Positions 9,409 to 17,441 of a DNA stretch of 64,000 nt are shown one piece after another. The stretch covers positions 96,987 to 160,986 of the forward strand of contig JAUSNB010000035.1 in the NCBI GenBank assembly GCA_030645615.1, written 5' to 3'. Made by a program: the position numbers and the translations under genes. Each line of letters starts with the position of its first letter. Position 1 is the stretch's first letter. Origin of the DNA: Actinomycetota bacterium. GTDB lineage: Bacteria > Actinomycetota > Actinomycetes > S36-B12. The notes beneath the pieces are model-generated. The model was not told the DNA's origin, made no database searches, and was given only the letters and a program-made list of their open reading frames with translations.

Positions 9409-10365
9409 CTAGTCCCAGTCGGTGCCGATGTCGAGGATGACCACGGGGCCGAGCAGGTCCAGGAACTGCACCTCGGTGAGTATGTCAATGGCGTGTCCCT
9501 GGCTCCGGAGTTCGCGCGCCTTGGCGGCCTTGCCTGTGACCAGGTCGGCAGGATCGCCGGCGTAGCCGTCTCCCACGACCAGAATGGTCGTCTTCTTCGT
9601 CACGTTCTGGAGTGCCGTGGCGCCAACTTCTGCGCACATGTCCCAGAGGGCGTTCTTCGGAACGGTGAAGGCGCCGGTGAAGGTAACCGCATGTCCATAG
9701 AGCGGGTGGCTTACGTCGGCGTCGACGTCCGGCGGAGGCATCTCCTCAACGCGCACATAGAAGGAACCACTCGAGGAACGATGGTCGGAGGGTGCGGCCT
9801 TGTCTCCCAGTCGTCGCATCTTCATCTGAAGGAGAGCCGCCAGGTCGGGGACGTCCCTGGCCCCCAGGAGGTCGATCATGTGAAGCGTCAACAGCGCGCA
9901 GGCGACAGCGTCAGCCCCAGCGCGGTGATGCTCCAGCTCGATTCCGAGCTGCCCGCAGAGGACGTCCAGGCTGTGCGCCGGCGCAGTGATGGAACGCTTG
10001 GCGAGGTCCCGTGAGCAGGTGTACCACCACGAGGGGATCTGGAGCTGGTCGGCTTCGCAGGCCTGGACGATCGCTGCCGTGTCGAAGCTGGCGTTGTGCG
10101 CGACAAGGGGGCGGTCGCCGACGATGCTGGCCAACTGGTCGAGGCGCTCCCGGAACGTTGGCTGCGTGGCCACGTCGTCAGCGTGGATGCCGTGAATGCC
10201 GATGTTGATGCCTTCGAACTCGCAGAGGGATGCCGGAGGGTGGGTCAGCCACTGCTCCGTGGCGACGAGGCGGCCATCCTCGACGACCGCGAGCCCGATG
10301 CAGCAGATCGATCCACGGTGACGGTTCGCTGTCTCGACGTCGAGGGCCACGAAGCTTGCGCTCAT
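9409..10365 (-). CDS. DEDDh 3'-5' exonuclease (DnaQ-like) with C-terminal BRCT domain
   Basis: FVALDVETAN, VAHNASFD, HHRAGADA; BRCT-like VTFTGAF...NVTKKTTILVVG. Confidence 0.9.
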   Translation of the reverse strand: MSASFVALDVETANRHRGSICCIGLAVVEDGRLVATEQWLTHPPASLCEFEGINIGIHGIHADDVATQPTFRERLDQLASIVGDRPLVAHNASFDTAAIVQACEADQLQIPSWWYTCSRDLAKRSITAPAHSLDVLCGQLGIELEHHRAGADAVACALLTLHMIDLLGARDVPDLAALLQMKMRRLGDKAAPSDHRSSSGSFYVRVEEMPPPDVDADVSHPLYGHAVTFTGAFTVPKNALWDMCAEVGATALQNVTKKTTILVVGDGYAGDPADLVTGKAAKARELRSQGHAIDILTEVQFLDLLGPVVILDIGTDWD

Positions 10366-10910
10366 GTCATCACCAGCGGCAGGGGTCTCGCGGATCCCTC
10401 AGCTAGCTTTCGCAGCATGGGTCGCGCCAGCCGCTGCTCCTCCAGCTCCTCCCATTGGGAACACAGCATCGACAGCCACCGAGCCATGGTGAGGGCGCGA
10501 CGAGGCGGCTCGATCCCCCGCGTTGCCGGCAACTCCTCTGGGGTGACGGGTTGCGGGAACATCGGCCACTCTGGCTCGATCATGCGGGTCGAGCGCGTCC
10601 GCTGAACCTGAACCTCATGAAACGCCGCGTCCAGCTTGGCTCGCTCCGAGTTCACCGCAGCCAGCGTGGCGGCGATGTCGAGGACCGGCTCGCCTCGTTC
10701 CGGCAGCGCCGGAACCGCGCGCGATGACGGCCACCAGACCCTCGCCCTCAGCAGCGATTCAAGGGTCTGCGCATCGTGATCCGGGACAATCCACGCCCCG
10801 ACCAGGCGCCCGTGCAAACGGGCTCGCTTGGGACCGACATAGATCCACCAGACCGCAACCTTGTCGTCGACGGCATCGATGGCAGCTACGGTGCTGCCCG
10901 CGCCATCCAT
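10362..10910 (-). CDS. Hypothetical protein (DUF6218-like), translationally coupled to the exonuclease
   Basis: ATGA overlap; RLVGAW, IEPEWP, WEELEEQR...RPLP pattern; family call from memory. Confidence 0.6.
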   Translation of the reverse strand: MDGAGSTVAAIDAVDDKVAVWWIYVGPKRARLHGRLVGAWIVPDHDAQTLESLLRARVWWPSSRAVPALPERGEPVLDIAATLAAVNSERAKLDAAFHEVQVQRTRSTRMIEPEWPMFPQPVTPEELPATRGIEPPRRALTMARWLSMLCSQWEELEEQRLARPMLRKLAEGSARPLPLVMT

Positions 10911-11009
10911 GGTGTCCCCCGAGGTCACTCAAGCCGACGGCCTGAGCCCGACCTAAAGGATGGCCCACGGGACGGAACGCCGCGCCCCATTCGGCGAAAC
11001 TCCTGAGGT

Positions 11010-11276
11010 TCAGGCGCTGCGATCGACCTTGAGCCCGCGAGCGCGAGCCGACCGGGCGCGTTGCCTCACGGCGCGCTGCCGGCGGAGCCGGTGGACGGTC
11101 ATGGGGGCGTAGGCGAGGGCTTCCTGCCGTTCGATGAGGTCGTTGACCTTCCGCCAATACGTCGTCGGCTGCAGGTCCAGCTCGAGGATCATGTCGGCTT
11201 CCTGCTTGCCGGTGAACCGGTAGGTGCGGCCGGCGAAGTCCAGGATCGCCTTCTCCTGGTCTGTCAACGCGGTCAT
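11010..11276 (-). CDS. DUF3263-family small protein
   Basis: LTDQEKAILDF...ALAYAPMTVHRLRRQR. Confidence 0.85.
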   Translation of the reverse strand: MTALTDQEKAILDFAGRTYRFTGKQEADMILELDLQPTTYWRKVNDLIERQEALAYAPMTVHRLRRQRAVRQRARSARARGLKVDRSA

Positions 11277-11325
11277 GGGGTGATCATCCCGGGAGGGTGT
11301 GACAGGCGGCTGATGAAGGGCCGGC

Positions 11326-11505
11326 TCACCTGGCCCTGGACGACGCCCAGCTCGTCAGATGCCAGCCGCGGCAATCCGGGCAGCGGTACGCCCGTCGCTC
11401 ATCCTTCGCCCTTGTCGGACGGCACCGCCGCCGCGTCTGGGAGAGGGCGAACAGGGCCGCGATCCGGTCCCGGTACCGGACCTTCGCGCACGCTGGGCTC
11501 GCCAC
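11326..11505 (-). CDS. Small phage Zn-finger-like protein
   Basis: CAKVRYRDRIAA...AYRCPDCRGWHLTS; GTG start 7 nt after a promoter-like motif. Confidence 0.65.
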   Translation of the reverse strand: MASPACAKVRYRDRIAALFALSQTRRRCRPTRAKDERRAYRCPDCRGWHLTSWASSRAR

Positions 11506-11573
11506 GTGCACAAGGGTGCACTCGGGCCCTGACAGGCCGCTGGCCCAGCGTTGCGCGGCGATCCCGTAGGCCG

Positions 11574-11819
11574 TCAGGTGCCGGGGCGGGGGCCGACGAT
11601 CCGGTCGATCCCCGCCCAATACTCGTCGTTCGCCTCGACCGAGCACGACACGTCGACCATGCCCTCGTCGTACTGCGACGGTCCGTCATGGGCGTACTGC
11701 GGATCCGGGACCACGCTCGCGGCCCACTTCGCCGACCACTCCCGATGCCACGCTCCGATCGCGCGCTGCCGGTCCTCGGGGGTCGCGAACACCGGCGGAT
11801 CATCCGGGAGCGACGTCAT
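11574..11819 (-). CDS. Hypothetical protein
   Basis: ORF coupled by ATGA overlap to upstream gene. Confidence 0.55.
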   Translation of the reverse strand: MTSLPDDPPVFATPEDRQRAIGAWHREWSAKWAASVVPDPQYAHDGPSQYDEGMVDVSCSVEANDEYWAGIDRIVGPRPGT

Positions 11820-12022
11820 TCCACCGACCGGTCCGCGACCGCCCGCGCTTCACTGGCCAGCAGCTCAGCGGCCAGCAGGTGCAGCTGCGCCTGGGTGGCG
11901 TGCTCCGCTGCGTCCGGGGATTCGGCGGCGAGGATCGCGACAGCCGCGGCGAGTTCGTTGACCGCGTGGGTCAGGCCGACGACATGCGCCTTCACGTAGT
12001 CGATCTCGTGGCCAGGGACCAT
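11816..12022 (-). CDS. Hypothetical helical protein
   Basis: MVPGHEIDYVKAH...; leaderless-type start after TAACGT. Confidence 0.55.
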   Translation of the reverse strand: MVPGHEIDYVKAHVVGLTHAVNELAAAVAILAAESPDAAEHATQAQLHLLAAELLASEARAVADRSVE

Positions 12023-12170
12023 GACAACCACGTTACGCCTCGGGTGTGAGGCAGGCCACACCCCGATCTGGATGGTTCATCCCGAATAGTCCACTGTGCC
12101 CGGGATGTCCGCTCCTATCGTCGCGAGCACGGCACCCTCTGGGCTGTCGACATGACGTCCGGGGGAAGCG

Positions 12171-12287
12171 ATGCCGCGCGGCAAGCCACGCTCACCACAC
12201 GCACGCAACCCCTGGTACCCCGTCATCGCCGGCGTCGCATTCCTCCTCGCGGCGGGCATCCTCGTGCTGTGGGTCGTACTGGCGTAG
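12171..12287 (+). CDS. 38-aa single-pass membrane peptide (not in ORF track)
   Basis: MPRGKPRSPHARNPWYPVIAGVAFLLAAGILVLWVVLA; GGGGGA RBS. Confidence 0.55.
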   Translation: MPRGKPRSPHARNPWYPVIAGVAFLLAAGILVLWVVLA

Positions 12288-12314
12288 TCCGCCCCGACGG
12301 CTGCCGTCCCGTCC

Positions 12315-12551
12315 GTGCTTCCCCCACGCCCAGTTCGCGTCCAGGCCGTGCTCGAGCGGCCACCCGCACCCCCAGGCGTGGTCGCGCCGATGCCCGAGAA
12401 GGCCGACACGTGGCCCGGATCGCTCCTGGCTTGGCGCTGGGTCGACCAGGCGGCAGGACTGTGGACAGGGCTTGTCCGCTACCGCAGGGAAGGGCTCATG
12501 CACGAGCACTGGATCGCCGGCGACCTGCTCAACGTCGCGGCGGAAGGCTAA
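12315..12551 (+). CDS. Small hypothetical protein
   Basis: WPGSLLAWR...WTGLVRY...EHWI pattern seen in small actinobacterial mobile-element proteins. Confidence 0.55.
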   Translation: MLPPRPVRVQAVLERPPAPPGVVAPMPEKADTWPGSLLAWRWVDQAAGLWTGLVRYRREGLMHEHWIAGDLLNVAAEG

Positions 12552-13501
12552 TCGGTATCGATCACAAGTTGAGTAGGTTGCCCGTCCAGGGTCGGCCGTC
12601 CGGAGACCATCGACACGAACTGGTTCTCAACCGCGTCCTGCGAGCGTTGCGGGTGCCTCGTGATGATTCGGTTGTACTTCACAGTCACGACAGTCCCCCA
12701 CAGCGACCGCATCGTCTCCAACTCGGCCAGCGGGACCATCATCTCGACGGTGCGCCACCGCCTGTTCTCGACCGCGACACGAACCAGTCCGTCGACGGAA
12801 ATCACCTGAAGGACACCGACATCCGTGATGGGAGTGACGTTCCGCGACGGACGATTGAGGACCGCCGCGATGTGCTCGGCCCGTGGTCGGGCCATCTGAG
12901 TGGATCGCTCCTGACCGCTGGCAGGAGTCCATCGCAGGTCAACACTCAGATCGTGTCGGACGAGTTCCTCCGCGAACTGGTAGATGCGCTCCCCAAGGGC
13001 GCGGTCAAGCTGCAGCGAGCGCACACTGGCCGAAGCCTCGGCCGCGTCAACGTTCTGAAGCGACTCGAAGACCACTCCGAGCGCAAGGTCCAGATGCGTA
13101 GGCGCGATAGTCGGTTCCTCGAGCGATCCCTCCACCTCAGGTTGGGCCACCGCCTCGCCGAACAGGGTGATCACGGTTGAGCCCGGCGCGACAACCGGCG
13201 ATATGAAGACCTTGGCCGCGCCCTTGAACTGCCTCACCTTCAGTGAAGCCGTCTCAATCAAGTCGGCGGCACGAGCGATCACCAGGCCGGCTGTCGAAGC
13301 CGGAAGGTCGTGTATCTCGACAGGGCCGCCGTAGAACCGCATGTCCAGCGTCGTCCTGAGGCGCGGCGCGGCGAAGCCCATCGATCGCGCCAAGCGCACA
13401 TCTTGGCGGCGCAGGAACTCAAGCTCGCTCATGGGCGTGGCATCGCCCTGCATCGCAAGGGCATCAAGGAGACTGTCGCGCACCTGATCAGAGGTAGTCA
13501 T
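12548..13501 (-). CDS. Hypothetical 317-aa partner of DUF6932-like NTase
   Basis: Overlaps the NTase stop; LDMRFYGGPV...PGSTVITL; atypical codon usage. Confidence 0.75.
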   Translation of the reverse strand: MTTSDQVRDSLLDALAMQGDATPMSELEFLRRQDVRLARSMGFAAPRLRTTLDMRFYGGPVEIHDLPASTAGLVIARAADLIETASLKVRQFKGAAKVFISPVVAPGSTVITLFGEAVAQPEVEGSLEEPTIAPTHLDLALGVVFESLQNVDAAEASASVRSLQLDRALGERIYQFAEELVRHDLSVDLRWTPASGQERSTQMARPRAEHIAAVLNRPSRNVTPITDVGVLQVISVDGLVRVAVENRRWRTVEMMVPLAELETMRSLWGTVVTVKYNRIITRHPQRSQDAVENQFVSMVSGRPTLDGQPTQLVIDTD

Positions 13502-14027
13502 CGATGATGACCTCCAAGTAGCCCCGCTTCGGGAAAGCCTGATCTCGGGTGAATGTCACTCTATCCGTCTTGGCAACATCTCTTTGCCACCAGTCGTCCC
13601 ACTTGCCGCGGAGCATTATGTATCTAAGGTCAGACTCCACGGCATTCGGCGACCAATCGCTCACGGCGCACCAGTAGATGACGAGCGCCTGAACATTGGT
13701 GAGCGACGAGATGGCGGATGCCATCGTGTCGATCTGCCCAATCACGTCGTCGTCCACCGAGGCCCGCTCGATGAGGAACGTCACGTCGATGTCGTCCGGC
13801 TCCGGCTTCTCAGTCGTGAAGGACCCGCCGATGAAGGCTGCGGGGATCGAGCAGCCAAGCGACTTGAGTGCTGCGACTGTTCCCTGAAACTGCGCCCAGA
13901 GATCTTGGCGGCGCTCAGATTGCGCGTGCGTCGCTTCCGCACCCACGAACGCCTGTTCGAACTCCTCCGCCGTGCACTGAAAGCGCCCGACGGGCAACAT
14001 GCCAGCCGTCGTGAATGCCGGAATCAC
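13488..14027 (-). CDS. DUF6932-like minimal nucleotidyltransferase (Pol-beta fold)
   Basis: GMLPVGRF, IGGSFTTEKPEPDDIDV (GS...DxD), C-terminal KRGYLEV; GGAGG RBS before GTG. Confidence 0.8.
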   Translation of the reverse strand: MIPAFTTAGMLPVGRFQCTAEEFEQAFVGAEATHAQSERRQDLWAQFQGTVAALKSLGCSIPAAFIGGSFTTEKPEPDDIDVTFLIERASVDDDVIGQIDTMASAISSLTNVQALVIYWCAVSDWSPNAVESDLRYIMLRGKWDDWWQRDVAKTDRVTFTRDQAFPKRGYLEVIIDDYL

Positions 14028-14125
14028 GAAATGCCCCTCCCGCGGCCGCGTGGGCGTGAGCCTGCCACAGGATGGGAGAGGCGCGTAGGTGTTCCCTTGC
14101 GATCCGGCTCCTACCTGAAACGCGA

Positions 14126-14166
14126 GCAGCGCCCCTCCTGGCCCGGTGAGGGGCAGGAGGGGCGCT
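14126..14166. terminator. GC-rich hairpin, copy 1
   Basis: AGCGCCCCTCCTG...CAGGAGGGGCGCT inverted repeat. Confidence 0.65.
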
Positions 14167-14256
14167 CTGGTCGCGGGAATGCCTACTGGCGAGTTGTGAT
14201 GCAAGTCGCATGCAAGTTTCATGACGTTGTTGCATCCGGTGGCTAGCGTCGCTCGA

Positions 14257-14550
14257 ATGGAGCCACGGCAGGTGCACGAGTGGGACGTCCTGGAGTATCC
14301 GAGCCCGAATGCCTGGCTTGACGACCTGCGTGGCCAGGGCTGGACCAGGGTTCCCGGCGTGCCTGGGATCCCCACTGAACGTGGGACCGTCATCTACGAT
14401 TTCCGGCACCAGGGCCCCGCCGGCGCGGTGGAGCCCGAGGCGAGGGCGTCCAGTGTCCGGTCCCTTGCCTTGCTCCTCGCGGCGTGCGCCTTGACCGTGG
14501 CGGTCATCGTCGCGGCCGACCTCATCGTCATGGCAATCGTCCAGTCCTGA
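14257..14550 (+). CDS. Small protein with C-terminal TM helix
   Basis: MEPRQVHEW...LALLLAACALTVAVIVAADLIVMAIV; TAGCGT -10 lies 7 nt upstream. Confidence 0.6.
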   Translation: MEPRQVHEWDVLEYPSPNAWLDDLRGQGWTRVPGVPGIPTERGTVIYDFRHQGPAGAVEPEARASSVRSLALLLAACALTVAVIVAADLIVMAIVQS

Positions 14551-14557
14551 AGCGCCG

Positions 14558-14599
14558 GCAGCGCCCCCTCCTGGCCCGGTGCGGGGCTGGGAGGGGGCG
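14558..14599. terminator. GC-rich hairpin, copy 2 (between convergent genes)
   Basis: CGCCCCCTCC...GGAGGGGGCG; near-duplicate of 14126-14166. Confidence 0.65.
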
Positions 14600-14607
14600 A
14601 AGGCGTG

Positions 14608-15648
14608 TCACATGCCTGGGGTGTCGAGCCGGAAGCCGTCGACGCGCATGATGCGGGAGCATGCCGTGGCGACGTCGGGCTCGTATTTGAGCCCTGAGCC
14701 GGTCTCGATCTCCTCGAGGGCGGTGTCGAGGGGCCGGGCCGGGCGATACGGGCGGTGGGCGGTCATCGCCTCGGCGACGTCGGCGACGGCGATGATCCGG
14801 CTGGCCAGCAGCGCCTGGTCGCCGACGAGCCCGTGGGGGTAGCCGGAACCGTCGAGGCGTTCGTGGTGCTGCACGATCATGTCGGCAACCGGCCAGGGGA
14901 ACTGCAGGTCCGCGACGAGCTCGTACCCGGTCTGGGGGTGGCCCTTGACCAGCTCCATCGCCTCCGGGCTGAGCGGCCCGGGGAAGGACAGGATCTCCGC
15001 CGGAAGGCTGACCTTGCCGATGTCGTGGATCCGGGCGCCGACGACCAGGCCCACGATGTCGTCCTCGGACAGCCCCATCCCACGGGCAATCAGCTCGGCC
15101 AGCTCGGCCACCCGCTCCTGGTGCCGGTGGGTGTAGGGGTCACGTGCGCGCACGGTGCGCGCGATCGTGGAGACCACGTTGCGCAGGTAGTCCTGTAACT
15201 GGGCGCGGGTGAAGATCACCTCGGTCATGTCCTGGACCTGGTTGAGCCGGATCGGGCGGCCGTCCACCTCTATCGCGCGGGCCGTCACCCGGACCGGCAG
15301 CGGCCGACCGTCGGCGTGCTGGTGCACGCCTTCCACGTCCGTGAAGGGTGTCGCATTGGCGATGATGTCGCGGACGACCGGCCAGTGCGGCTCGGCCACG
15401 ATCCGGTCGACCGTCAAGGACAGGAACGTGTCGTGGTCATACCCATAGAACTCGGCGGCCGCGTGGTTGGCGACCAGGATCCGCAGCGTCGCCGGGTCGT
15501 AGGCGTAGGCGGGGACCTGGCTGACCTGGAACAAGGTGTCGAACGGCACCATGAACCGTTCCAACGGACCCCAGCCGGGCGGGAGGGACCCATCGCCGGC
15601 GGGCTGGTCGCCGAGGCGCACGAAGGATGCCATGTCCCCATTGGACAC
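14608..15648 (-). CDS. PAS + HD-GYP cyclic-dinucleotide phosphodiesterase
   Basis: PAS (ILVANHAAAEFYGY...HQHADG); RDPYTHRH, HDIGK, HHERLDGSGYP, AVADVAEAMTAHRPYR. Confidence 0.92.
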   Translation of the reverse strand: MSNGDMASFVRLGDQPAGDGSLPPGWGPLERFMVPFDTLFQVSQVPAYAYDPATLRILVANHAAAEFYGYDHDTFLSLTVDRIVAEPHWPVVRDIIANATPFTDVEGVHQHADGRPLPVRVTARAIEVDGRPIRLNQVQDMTEVIFTRAQLQDYLRNVVSTIARTVRARDPYTHRHQERVAELAELIARGMGLSEDDIVGLVVGARIHDIGKVSLPAEILSFPGPLSPEAMELVKGHPQTGYELVADLQFPWPVADMIVQHHERLDGSGYPHGLVGDQALLASRIIAVADVAEAMTAHRPYRPARPLDTALEEIETGSGLKYEPDVATACSRIMRVDGFRLDTPGM

Positions 15649-15830
15649 CTATGCGTCATTCGGGGGAAGGGCTGAACCGGGGCAAGCCACGCGAAACGAC
15701 ACAACTGCGACATTCGCCCTGCCCCCGGCACGCGGCGGACCGCGAACCGGCCCCCGCCGCGGCTGTGTTCGCGGTGGAGGGGCTCGTCGTCATGGCGATG
15801 GCCGAGACCTGTACGCGGGCAGGGGCAGGT

Positions 15831-16502
15831 TCAGGCAGCGAGACGTCCGGACTTCTCGTCGCGGGCGAAGTCGGCGACGAGCTCGCGTGCGATGGCGGGC
15901 TTGGCGCGGTTGTGGCGGGCGATGCGGATGGCGTGGCGCCACCAGTCGAGGTCCTGGCGGACGTCGATCTTCCGGGTCGTCCAGGTGCGGTGCAGGATGA
16001 CCCGTTTCGTCGAGTAGGGAACCCCGGGGACCGGTGAGATGGCGTCGAGGTAGGCGACGCACAGCATCGATGTCTCGACGACCTGCGCCAGGGTCATGCC
16101 CTCCCGCTTCCCGTCGATCCGGGCCGAGGTGCCGAGGGACTCGATCTCGATGCCGATCAGCCGGGAGTTCCCCCCGTTCCGCGGGATCGGGGTGGTGCGG
16201 GTCAGCTCGAGCGGCCCGCCTTCGCCTGCGTGGTAGGCGCCGGGCCAGGCGACGATCAACTGCGACCCGTCGCGGCGGGACAGGTCGTGGCAGGCGCGGT
16301 ACGGCTTGTAGGGGTAGCCGGCGGAGCGGGCGATCACCCAGGCCTCGGAGTCGATGCCGGCGGTGTGGTGCAAGACGATGCCCTGCAGGGCCCCCTGGCC
16401 CTTGTAGGGGTCGTTGCGGGGGTCATTCCAGCCCGGCGCCAGCTCGTAGTCGAGACCGTACTTGTCGAGGAAGTGGATCAGGCGCTTCCCGGTGACCCTC
16501 AT
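15831..16502 (-). CDS. Endolysin, N-acetylmuramoyl-L-alanine amidase
   Basis: IVLHHTAG, YHAGEG, NSRLIGIEIE, VILHRTWTTRKID. Confidence 0.88.
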   Translation of the reverse strand: MRVTGKRLIHFLDKYGLDYELAPGWNDPRNDPYKGQGALQGIVLHHTAGIDSEAWVIARSAGYPYKPYRACHDLSRRDGSQLIVAWPGAYHAGEGGPLELTRTTPIPRNGGNSRLIGIEIESLGTSARIDGKREGMTLAQVVETSMLCVAYLDAISPVPGVPYSTKRVILHRTWTTRKIDVRQDLDWWRHAIRIARHNRAKPAIARELVADFARDEKSGRLAA

Positions 16503-16774
16503 GCTTCCTCGGTCTCGCCGGCGTCGCGCTGCCCGCGCGGAACGGGGGCAAGCCAGGGGATGAACCGCTCGAGCCAGTCGTTCACCGCCGGGAGGGCCAT
16601 GACGCGGGCGACACCGCCGGTGACGGCGAGCCCGGCAGCGACCCAGGGGGCCTTCTCGTCGACGCCGGATGCGGACACGATCGCGGGGGCCATGACGCAC
16701 AGGCCGACCGCGCCCTGGAACACGGTGCGGACGGCGGCACGCCTCGGGTACTGGATCTGGGTGGGCTGGGACAT
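16499..16774 (-). CDS. Holin
   Basis: RAAVRTVFQ, two TM helices, ARVMALP; coupled to lysin. Confidence 0.8.
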   Translation of the reverse strand: MSQPTQIQYPRRAAVRTVFQGAVGLCVMAPAIVSASGVDEKAPWVAAGLAVTGGVARVMALPAVNDWLERFIPWLAPVPRGQRDAGETEEA

Positions 16775-16784
16775 GCGGGTCTCC

Positions 16785-17135
16785 CTACTTGAGGAATGCG
16801 ACAGCGAGTGCGACGAGGGCGGTGAGGGTCGAGATGGCGATGGCGACGCGCTGAAAGGGGGACCAGGCCGCCGTGGACTTGTCCCTCCTCGCCTCGTCGG
16901 CCTCCTTCAGTGCTTTCGCCAGCGACAACGCAGTGGCGCGGGATGCTTGCGCGTCGTCCCCGAGGCGCTGCGTGACCAGGTTCAGGGCGTCGATGTTGGT
17001 CTCCGCGCGGTCGAGCCGCTTCCCGTGGTCAGCGACCTGGAACGCGACCAGGTTCAGCACGCCTTCCATGCGGGTCAACTGGACGGGGATCGGCTCCGCT
17101 GAGGCGCGGGACGTCGGCTCGACGGCTTCGGACAT
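16785..17135 (-). CDS. Coiled-coil protein with C-terminal TM (lysis cassette)
   Basis: QLTRMEG...DHGKRL; hydrophobic C-terminus. Confidence 0.65.
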   Translation of the reverse strand: MSEAVEPTSRASAEPIPVQLTRMEGVLNLVAFQVADHGKRLDRAETNIDALNLVTQRLGDDAQASRATALSLAKALKEADEARRDKSTAAWSPFQRVAIAISTLTALVALAVAFLK

Positions 17136-17171
17136 GGACAGCCTCCAGTGCTGGTGGGGCGTGACAGGGGG

Positions 17172-17432
17172 TCAGGGACTGCTGAGCGTTTCGATGGTCT
17201 TGGCGTCCAGGCCGGCGTCGGTGAGTTCCTTCACGGTGGTCGTGATCGTCGGCTCGATCTGCTCGAACCCAGTGACCGGGTCGTGCTTGAGGCCGATCGA
17301 CGCGGGGGCCTCCGGGGTGTAGGGGACGAACGTGTACTCGGGGTCGTCGGCGTGGGCGTCGAGCCATTCCTGGTCCGCGCACTCGATGTTCACCACGAGA
17401 CCGGTCGCCTTGTCGATGCGTGCAATGTCCAT
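17172..17432 (-). CDS. Tail-fibre-associated small protein
   Basis: Position after Gly-rich fibre; VVNI and IG...DP patterns. Confidence 0.55.
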   Translation of the reverse strand: MDIARIDKATGLVVNIECADQEWLDAHADDPEYTFVPYTPEAPASIGLKHDPVTGFEQIEPTITTTVKELTDAGLDAKTIETLSSP

Positions 17433-17441
17433 GCGTGCCTC

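Noticed and set aside
15650-15830. c-di-GMP riboswitch upstream of the HD-GYP gene
   Set aside because: Only a fragmentary GGCAAGCC..GAAA resemblance, on the wrong strand, with no second stem
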